Assembly (NCBI GenBank): GCA_963710755.1
Contig: CAVQBK010000013.1
Location: 256,001 to 320,000 of the forward strand
Length of the DNA: 64,000 nt
Direction of reading: 5' to 3'
Source: an uncultured bacterium
GTDB taxonomy: Bacteria; Oederibacteriota; JAAXVQ01; JAUVAV01
The notes under the pieces were generated by a model that had not been told where the DNA came from, searched no databases, and worked only from the letters and a program-made list of their open reading frames with translations. A program made the position numbers and the translations under genes. How positions within the stretch are numbered: position 1 is the first letter of the stretch; each line of letters starts with the position of its first letter. This document shows positions 1 through 8,100 of this stretch, in pieces.

Positions 1-249
1 GTCACAATGAAGGTCCTGCAACACAATGACTGTCTTCATCTTCCCTTTGTTTATGGCTTCCACAGTTCCCCAATCGGAGGGAATGCTAAGAGGTTTTCCC
101 TTATAAATCAAATGTGGTTTAAGGGTCAGGGGTTGGTAATTGGATAGGTTAAAGGCAAAAGAAAGGTAAGGGCACAGTAAAATCGTGCAGCAAATTAAGG
201 CCAATACTTTAACAAAATCCTTATTTCTCAATACAATCCATGGGAGCAT
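1..249 (-). CDS. N-terminal part of a probable secreted protein (runs off the left edge)
   Basis: Own translation from ATG at 249, open to position 1: MLPWIVLRNKDFVKVLALICCTILLCPYLSFAFNL...SIPSDWGTVEAINKGKMKTVIVLQDLHCD. Hydrophobic signal-like segment. Absent from the ORF track because its stop is outside the window. Confidence 0.7.
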   Translation of the reverse strand, partial: MLPWIVLRNKDFVKVLALICCTILLCPYLSFAFNLSNYQPLTLKPHLIYKGKPLSIPSDWGTVEAINKGKMKTVIVLQDLHCD

Positions 250-761
250 GCCATCATCCCGAAATTATTTTGTTAAATGTTATTGATCTATTTAGGCAAT
301 AATTCAATCTACCCTTACTTTAACCATATCATAATTTAGAATGATTACAAAATCATATTGTAAATAAAATGTTTGAAATTAATAATCATTTCTTGAGGCG
401 TTTCAATAAAGTACATAAAATCGATTTTTTACAGGGACTATTAACTATGGCTGTCACCGTTTTTAAGGCGAAATTTTTATTTTTTTTATCAATATAAGTA
501 AAATGGAATACACAGCACCTGTAGGTCCTGTTGTAAGGGATGGTAAAACCTGAAATACTATAATTTTACGTTTAAACAGGGGATGTAACAAGATTTCAAC
601 AACCATGGTGTTAGGAGACAGGGCAACAAAACATGGCTTAATAGACATAAAGGCTATAGGATCGTATCCGTTCTGGTAAACTGTAATAATCCAAACTTAA
701 TCGCTCCGTCATTTCCAGTTCTAATCATTGATTAGTATTTATTACTTTAATACGCCATAGC

Positions 762-868
762 GAATTCCCCGCCTTTAAAGCGGGATAAAGCGATTAGAAA
801 TGACAATCTTCTCCATATAGGATCCAATATGGGATCCCTCCCCGTGATTAAGCACGGAGTAGGTGAAG
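762..868. mobile_element. Possible non-autonomous IS200/IS605-like remnant (paired end hairpins)
   Basis: Hairpins CCCGC-CTTTAAA-GCGGG and CCGTG-ATTAAG-CACGG(AGTAGGTGA) resemble IS200/IS605 subterminal hairpins. No transposase gene. Confidence 0.3.
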
Positions 869-1143
869 CCATTAAGTCTTAAGACTTATCTTTTTAGTTT
901 TAAAAACTACCCCGTTGGATCTATGGAGGAAGTATTTGCGAAAAGGATTATTTTTTCAACCTTTTCGCAACCTAAGGCTGCCCTCATTCGACTGCCGCCT
1001 TTCGAAATGGCCCTAATAAAAAATTTCGACGTAAAAAGCTCAGTCTGCGGCCGCATTGTTTTTTCAAGTGTGCTGACCGTGCTTGTCAGATCAAGTTTGA
1101 GCTATTACATATTAAGACTATAAAACCCTATTTAATATGGCAA

Positions 1144-1185
1144 CGGACTGAAAGGTCCGGGGTTTATGCCGGCCCCTTCAGTCCG
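1144..1185 (-). terminator. Stem-loop downstream of hsp20
   Basis: CGGACTGAA...TTCAGTCCG inverted repeat 30 bp past the hsp20 stop; no strong U-tract. Confidence 0.5.
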
Positions 1186-1215
1186 CCCTATGTAAACACC
1201 CTATGCCTTTTGGAG

Positions 1216-1653
1216 TCAGGCAATAGGAATGACTTTGGACTTGGCTTCTTCAGCTTTAGGCAGGATCAGTTCCAGAACGCCGTTTTCCAATGTTGCTTTA
1301 ATCTCATCAACCTTAATTGCATTAGGTAAAGTGAAGGTTCTGGAAAAGGAACCGTAAACTCTTTCCTGGTGATGGAATTTATCTTCTTTCTCGGCCTTAA
1401 CATCATGCTTTTCCCCCTCAATGGAAAGATTGTTTTTTTCCAAATTGATTTTAATGTCTTCTTTTTTAACACCCGCCACTTCCATTTCAATTTTAAAATA
1501 GTCCTGCGCTTCCATAACATCGGTGCGCGGGGACCAAATTCCCCGGCCGCTGGGATCACCTGTTAATCCCTGATTGACGGTGCTAAGCAAAGCCTCCATT
1601 TCTCTTTCCCATTGGTTCAACCCTGATGCACTTGGCCATTTTACTAAAGTCAT
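1216..1653 (-). CDS. Hsp20/alpha-crystallin small heat shock protein
   Basis: W-P-x-D-V-x-E, ERVYGSFSRTFTLP, A-x-L-E-N-G-V-L and C-terminal IPI motifs. Start moved to MTLVKW behind AAGGAGG. Confidence 0.93.
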   Translation of the reverse strand: MTLVKWPSASGLNQWEREMEALLSTVNQGLTGDPSGRGIWSPRTDVMEAQDYFKIEMEVAGVKKEDIKINLEKNNLSIEGEKHDVKAEKEDKFHHQERVYGSFSRTFTLPNAIKVDEIKATLENGVLELILPKAEEAKSKVIPIA

Positions 1654-1693
1654 TGGTCTTGCCTCCTTCATTTTTTTTAGTGCATCTTTATAG

Positions 1694-1710
1694 AGCAGGG
1701 ATCATGCCAA
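1694..1710 (-). promoter_or_regulatory. sigma54 (-24/-12) promoter of hsp20
   Basis: Minus strand TTGGCATGATCCCTGCT has exact GG-N10-GC spacing, about 40 bp upstream of the start codon. Confidence 0.7.
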
Positions 1711-1870
1711 TTTGCCATAATATTTTTTTATTTAAATTTTAAGGATTTTATTTGAGAAACAGCACTGGGTGGGCTCAATGGTTTACATCAGATGATCTAA
1801 AGTTAAACATCCCTTATTTCATTTTGAGTCATCCTGGACAAATAGATATGTTAGGGACATTAAAAAAGTA

Positions 1871-1920
1871 GCAGGGTACAGGCAACTTGTCCCGTGTAGG
1901 CCGGATGGCCTGTACCCTAC
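1871..1920. repeat. 50-bp palindromic dispersed repeat, family A copy 1
   Basis: GCAGGGTACAGGC-AACTTGTCCCGTGTAGGCCGGATG-GCCTGTACCCTAC; related copies at 34744, 45877 and 61622. Confidence 0.85.
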
Positions 1921-1967
1921 TCATGCGACCAAGAGGGTCGTGACGGTCTTGGCACCACAAGAACAAT

Positions 1968-3590
1968 CTAGGCTGTTTTAACCAAAGGCATGTCTTGGGC
2001 TGGTGTCGTAACCGGCCCGATATTATAGGCCTTGACCAGGATGTCCAGCACCGAGGGGGTCACAAAGGCCGGCAGGCTGGGGCCGAGCTTAATATTTTTG
2101 ATTCCCAGGTGAAGCAAGGTCAAAAGAATGGTCACGGCCTTTTGTTCATACCAGGAAAGCAGAAACGTCAGGGGCAAGCCATTAACATCAGTGCCAAAGG
2201 CATCAGCTAAAGCACCGGCAATTTTAATGGCCGAGTAAGCATCATTACACTGGCCGATATCAAGCAGCCGTGGAATGCCGCCAATGTCACCGAATTCCAA
2301 TTTATTAAATCTATACTTGCCGCAAGCCAACGTCAGAATCACGCTGTCCGGCGAGGCGGCCAGGGCTGCATCGGTATAATAATTGCGCCCCGATTTGGCG
2401 CCGTCACAACCGCCGATCAGATAAAAATGCTTGATCTTGCCCTGCTTGACAGCCTCCACCACCTTATCAGCCACGCCCAGCACAGCATGGTGGCCAAACC
2501 CAATGGTGATGCGCTTTTCCTCCTCAGCGGTGGTAAAGCCGGCTGCTGCCTGTGCGGCCGCAATGACCGGTGAGAAATCCTTGTCTGCAATATGGGTTAC
2601 CCCTGGCCAGCCCACCATGCCCGTGGTAAAGATGCGGCTTAGGTAAGTGTCTTTGGGGCGCTGGATACAATTGGTGGTCATGAGAATAGCACCGGGGAAA
2701 GCATCGAATTCCTGCCGTTGATCCTGCCAGGCACCGCCATAATTACCAACCAAGTGACTGTATTTTTTCAACCCTGGATAAGCATTGGCCGGCAGCATTT
2801 CACCATGGGTGTAGATGTTGATGCCCTTGCCTTCCGTCTGCTGCAGCAATAATTCCAGATCTTTCAAATCATGGCCTGACACCAGGATGGCCTTGCCCGG
2901 TACCGGTGTGATGCGCACCTGAGTGGGTTCTGGATGACCGTAGGCTCCGGTGTTGGCCTCATCCAGCAACGCCATAACCTTTAAATTCAATTCACCGGTT
3001 TCCAGGCTCTTGGCCAGCAAATCATTGGCGTCCGTGGGGTTGCCTGCCAGGTAGGCCAGCAGTTCATGAAATTTGGCATAGAGAGCATCATCCTTTTTAC
3101 CCAACACCCGGGCATGATCGGCATAGGCCGCTGCCCCCCTGAGCCCATAATTAATCAACTCTTGCAAACCCGCCACATCCTTGCCATATTTTTCCTGCCT
3201 GGCAACAATACCAACAGCCTGAGCTTGGGCGCGCTGGTCTGATTTGGTTTTGGCCGGCATAAGCGTCACCGCCTCCGGCCATTCCTGGTGCCCTGCCTGG
3301 ACCATCTGCCTGGCTTTTTCTCTGACGCTCACCGCTTGTTCAATAAGCGCTTCGATCCGGTCGGCATCAAAATCCACATTGGTGACCGTGGCAAAGAGGG
3401 CTTCCATGACAAAAGCATCAAGGCTGTTGTCGGTTTTCCCTTCCTGTCTGGCCTGGTGAGCCAGTACACTGATGCCCTTAGTGATAAAAAACAATAAATC
3501 CTGCAGATCGGCGGTCTCCTGGTCCTTGCCGCAATTGCCGGCCACGGTGCATCCTCCATTAACGGTTTGTTCACACTGATAACAAAACAT
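1968..3590 (-). CDS. hcp: Hybrid cluster protein (hydroxylamine/NO reductase)
   Basis: MFCYQCEQT...C..C (CX2CX7CX5C), SGHDL, YTHGEMLPA, TTNC, GGCDG, GQCND and LSWYEQKA motifs. Confidence 0.97.
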   Translation of the reverse strand: MFCYQCEQTVNGGCTVAGNCGKDQETADLQDLLFFITKGISVLAHQARQEGKTDNSLDAFVMEALFATVTNVDFDADRIEALIEQAVSVREKARQMVQAGHQEWPEAVTLMPAKTKSDQRAQAQAVGIVARQEKYGKDVAGLQELINYGLRGAAAYADHARVLGKKDDALYAKFHELLAYLAGNPTDANDLLAKSLETGELNLKVMALLDEANTGAYGHPEPTQVRITPVPGKAILVSGHDLKDLELLLQQTEGKGINIYTHGEMLPANAYPGLKKYSHLVGNYGGAWQDQRQEFDAFPGAILMTTNCIQRPKDTYLSRIFTTGMVGWPGVTHIADKDFSPVIAAAQAAAGFTTAEEEKRITIGFGHHAVLGVADKVVEAVKQGKIKHFYLIGGCDGAKSGRNYYTDAALAASPDSVILTLACGKYRFNKLEFGDIGGIPRLLDIGQCNDAYSAIKIAGALADAFGTDVNGLPLTFLLSWYEQKAVTILLTLLHLGIKNIKLGPSLPAFVTPSVLDILVKAYNIGPVTTPAQDMPLVKTA

Positions 3591-3659
3591 GTTCTTTCCT
3601 CCTTAATTTAATGGTTAATTTCTGTTGCGGAATGACAATTATTAATGCCGGGGCTGTGT

Positions 3660-3689
3660 GCAGGGTAAGGGTTCCAACCCACTCCCTAC
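3660..3689. repeat. REP-like GTAG palindrome
   Basis: Minus strand GTAGGGAGTGGGTTGGAACCCTTACCCTGC, intergenic. Confidence 0.5.
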
Positions 3690-3711
3690 CTCAACCAAAT
3701 ATAGCCGTCAT

Positions 3712-4557
3712 CTAATCCAGCACTTCCCCGCGCACGCTGATATTGACTTGGGCCAGGGGAATGATTTTTCCCGATTGTTTTATAGCCTGCTTTACCAATT
3801 GCCCCAGGCCGAAGCAACAGGGCACTTCCATATGCACCACGGTAATGGAGCGGATATTATTTTGTTGGAACAAGGCCGTAAGTTTTTCCGTGTAATGGAC
3901 GCTGTCGTCAAGCTTGGGACACCCCATTATGGGAATTTTGTTGGACATGAAATCAGCGTGAAAATTAGCATAACTCATGGGCACGCAATCGGCGGCAATG
4001 AGCAGATCCGCCTCTTTGAAATAAGGGGCATTGACAGGCACCAGCATGAGCTGAACCGGCCAGGTCTTCAACTGGGAAACCTGCCGGACGGCAGAAGATG
4101 GTAAATCCGGAGCTGCTTTGGTTTCCGGTTGGGCCAAATTCATGACCCGCGATCCTGGGCAACCACTTGACATGGATTTTTCCTCCTTTTTGTTATATTT
4201 AGGTACTTGAATTCCTTTTTCATTCAAAACATTAAGAGCTTCTTCATAGAAAGCTTGTGCGCCATGGGCTTTGAGATGTTCCAAATGGGCATGGACTGTG
4301 TTCATGCCTTTGGGAATCATCTGTTCCATGACCGCAGCCTCATCATAGGGTTCTGCTTCTCTTTGCTCCAGGGTAATGGCACCCTGGGGACAATGGCCCA
4401 GACAGGCCCCGAGACCATCACAAAAGAGATCGCTGACCAGGCGGGCTTTTTGATCAATGATTTGCAAGGCCCCTTCCATGCAATTAGGCACGCACAGGCC
4501 GCAACCATTGCACTTGCTTTCATCAATCTTGATAATTGGTCGCTGTTTTCCAGCCAT
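3712..4557 (-). CDS. 4Fe-4S ferredoxin-domain protein commonly linked to hcp
   Basis: CNGCGLCVPNC and CDGLGACLGHCP, then GCPGS, WPVQL, GCPKLD and MEVPCC. Start at MAGKQR behind GGAG. Confidence 0.85.
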   Translation of the reverse strand: MAGKQRPIIKIDESKCNGCGLCVPNCMEGALQIIDQKARLVSDLFCDGLGACLGHCPQGAITLEQREAEPYDEAAVMEQMIPKGMNTVHAHLEHLKAHGAQAFYEEALNVLNEKGIQVPKYNKKEEKSMSSGCPGSRVMNLAQPETKAAPDLPSSAVRQVSQLKTWPVQLMLVPVNAPYFKEADLLIAADCVPMSYANFHADFMSNKIPIMGCPKLDDSVHYTEKLTALFQQNNIRSITVVHMEVPCCFGLGQLVKQAIKQSGKIIPLAQVNISVRGEVLD

Positions 4558-4559
4558 GT

Positions 4560-4997
4560 TTAAAAACTCCTTTCCATCTGGGTCATCCCTGATTTTTCTG
4601 CAAAGACCTGTAATGAGGTATTTTTTAAATGTTGGATTAAGGCCTGTTCGTGTTCCCGGAAAACCGGACCTAAAGGACATTGTCCGGTGCAAAGCGGTTG
4701 ACCTAAAAGACAGTGATGGGTATCAAGCAGCCCCTCAATGGCGGTGTAAATGTCGTAAAGCGAAATTTCCTCTGCTGAACGACGAAGATAAAAGCCGCCA
4801 CTTGGTCCCCGTTTGCTGTTCACAAAGCCTTGATGTTCAAGACGCTGCATGACTTTGGCCAAATGAGCCTCTGATACTTGCAAGACTTTAGCCATTACCC
4901 TGGTTGTGGATGATGGTGCCTTTTGGGGCAGGGCTAAAAAAGCCAGGGCGTGCAGTCCCAAAGAAGCGGCTTCTGATATTTTAATAAGTCCTGGCAT
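4560..4997 (-). CDS. Rrf2 family transcriptional regulator (likely Fe-S binding)
   Basis: HLAKVMQRL...VNSKRGPSGGFYL...ISLYDIY.AIEG and three C-terminal Cys (CLLGQPLCTGQC). Confidence 0.92.
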   Translation of the reverse strand: MPGLIKISEAASLGLHALAFLALPQKAPSSTTRVMAKVLQVSEAHLAKVMQRLEHQGFVNSKRGPSGGFYLRRSAEEISLYDIYTAIEGLLDTHHCLLGQPLCTGQCPLGPVFREHEQALIQHLKNTSLQVFAEKSGMTQMERSF

Positions 4998-5014
4998 GAC
5001 AGCCTCCTTATTCT

Positions 5015-5047
5015 GGTATTGTAATACCTTTTTTCTTTTTTTGTCAA
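5015..5047 (-). promoter_or_regulatory. sigma70 promoter with overlapping palindromic operator
   Basis: TTGACA-N18-TACAAT on minus. Palindrome GGTATT-GT-AATACC (5015-5028) overlaps the -10. Confidence 0.65.
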
Positions 5048-5166
5048 TTTTTATTTTTATTTCCCCTCGGTGATTTTAATTTTTTTCCGTAACTGATAAT
5101 ATGGTGATTTATGCTACCATAATAGAGGACTGGCTAAATCACCAAGGACAAGTCGGGGAGCTTTGC

Positions 5167-8100
5167 ATGCCAACGCCTTGCTTTAATGCAGTCTTTGAAC
5201 CCTATTTAGCCCCATCTGTAGGCCCTGCCTTTTTGGTTGATCGTCATGGATCACTCGTGAAATGGAACCATGCCCTGACCCAATTATTGGGCTATGATCA
5301 TGACCTGCCATCGGCATTGACTTTTCAGGAGCTATGCCCTCAGGATGTGACTTGGTGGATGGGCCAGCAGGATCATCCTGCTGTAGTCACGCAAATAATA
5401 CTGTCTCTTACCACCAAAACTCAAGCTTGCATTAATAAATCGTTCACCGTGGTCTCCCTGCAAGCGGAGGAGACCGTCCTGTCACTCTTTTATGGCCAAG
5501 ATCCCAGCGGCGGTCTCAATGATAATCAATTCAAACGATTGCTCCATTCCCTCAATATCGGCTTTGCTCTTCATGAAATGATTTATGACCATCAGGGAAC
5601 ACCTGTGGATTACCTGTATTTGGAAGCCAACCCCATGTTTTGTACCTTAACCGGCCTGTCTGATCCTGTTGGCAAAACCGTTAAACTGTTGCTTCCCAAC
5701 TTGGAGCAAGAATGGCTGAATAAATTTGACACCTGCTTAAAAAACAATGAAGCCATTCATTATGAAAATTATGTTGCCGACCTGGATCGTTGGTTTGAGG
5801 CCACTGCCTATAAAGTTGCTGACCGCCAATTCGCGGTCACCTTCTCCGATAGTACGCTTCACAAACAAAATGAAGAACTCACTTTTGTTCAGCGAGAAGT
5901 GGCTCTGGCTTTTGACAGCACCATCACTGTTCAGGAATACTTGAACCATGTTTTGGCGAGCCTGACACAATTGCCACATCTGCAATTAGGCGGGATTTAT
6001 ATGGTGGATGATCACCACAATTTATCGCTGATGGTCAATACCGGCATCAGTCAGGCTTGGTTCAGGGCTGTTGCCCACTACGATCCTGATTCCCCGCAGG
6101 CGCAACTGGTAAATAATGGCAAGGCTCTTTATTTTTCCAGACAAGATCTGGTCGACAGTTCCCCTTTCCCGCTGGAAAAAGATAAAATTAAAAGTATGGC
6201 CATGATTCCGGTCATGGCTGGACAAGACCCCATTGCTTGTCTGGTCTTATCGTCGCGCACCCTAAATTCTTTTCCCCAGTATCGCCGCGCTATTCTCGAG
6301 ATCATGGCCAAGGATATGGGTCACGTCATAGGCCGTCTGCTGGCGTCGGTCAATATGCAGCGTAGTGAAGCCGAACGTCAGATCATGATGGAGGCCGCCG
6401 GACTAGCCTTGATCGAATGGAATATTATGGATAACAAAATCACCTTCAGCCCGAGCTGGCTTAGCCTATTGGGATGGAGCGAAGAGGAACTGGACAATGA
6501 GTACCGTACCTTTATTGCGCTTGTTCATCCGCAGGATATTAACCGTTTAAATAAGAATATGGATGACCACCTCCGCGGCCGCAAGGCCCGCTTTGAATGC
6601 GAATGCCGTTTTAAAACCAAACAGGGTTATTACAAATGGCTGCTTTATCGTGCCAAGGTGACACAACGCGACGCCGATGATCGCCCCTTGCGCCTGACCG
6701 GTACCCAGATGGACATTTCCGATATCAAGCGGGCTCAGGAAGTGGTTAAAACCAGCGAAGAACGGATGAATTTAGCCCTAAAAGGGGGAGACCTGGGGCT
6801 TTGGGATTGGAACATCAATACTGGGTACAGCTTTTTTAGTGATCGTGTGTACCTCATGGTGGAGCTTGACCCCAATACGGAAGTCCTGACCATGGCTCAA
6901 TGGATGACATTTATCCATCCCGATGACTTGAATAATTTCAACATTACCCTGCAGGAACATTTACTCGGCCATCTCCCCTACTTTAATAATGAATTTCGAC
7001 TCCAAACGAAGACGGGCCATACGCGATGGATCCTGGCTCAGGGCAAAATCGTGGATTACACAGCCGAAGGCAAACCCTGCCGCTTGGCCGGTACCTTTCT
7101 AGACATCTCGGAAATCAAGGCCCGGGATAGTAAAATCATGGAACTAAATCATCGCTTCCTCAAACTTTTTCAAAATAATCCCATTGCCATGCTGCTCTCC
7201 AAATTCGACGAAAACATTGTCATTGATGCCAATGATAATTTTTTCCAAACCTTCCATCTCAGCCGTCCCCAGAGCATTGGCAAGAGTTGGGAACAACTGG
7301 GTTTGTTCGCGTCTGAGGATCAGCAGGCTTTGGTTCGTGATTTAAAAAAACAAGGCTTTTTGCACAACTATGAGATCAAAGCCCACACCCATCATGGGCA
7401 GACACTTCACGGCCTGCTCAGTGCCGACTTGATCACTTCCAATAATGAAGAATGTATACTGGTCAGCTTTGTGGATTATACGGATCGCAAACTGGCGGAC
7501 ATGGCGCTCAAGCTGGAGCGGGATAAGTTCCAAACCTTTTTGGATGTGGTCAATGTCATTATCGTAGCACTTGATAAGAACGGTTGTATCCAATTCATCA
7601 ATCGCCGCGGCCTTGAACTATTGGGCTATAAGAGCGAAGAGCTCGTCGGCAAAGACTGGTTTGACTGCTGTGTTCCCGAAGAAAACCGCACTCTCGTCAG
7701 AACGGTGTTTATGCAAATAATTGGGGGCGCCAGTGCTTTCATCGATCAATTTGAGAACGAGATCATTACCAAAACCGGCGAACACCGGATCATCGCCTGG
7801 AAAAACACCATTCTAAAAAATCACGTCAGCCTGCCCTATGCCTCACTCAGCTCGGGGGAAGATATTACTGAACGCAAGCGTGCAGAAGAAGCCTTGCGTT
7901 TGAGCGAGGAGCGTAAAGAACTGGCCATTTGGGGAGGCAACATCGGGCTGTGGGATTGGGATATTATTTCCAATGAAATATTCGTCAACGAGCAGTGGCA
8001 AAATATGGTTAATTACCACAGTGACGAAGGCGTGCTAAATTATGACGTCATTAAAAACCTCTTTCATAGCGAAGACTGGCCAATCATGGAAGAGCAGATA

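Noticed and set aside
463-1123. ORFs 463-648 (-) and 863-1123 (+)
   Set aside because: No recognisable motifs or clear RBS, and they lie in AT-rich, palindrome-rich DNA.
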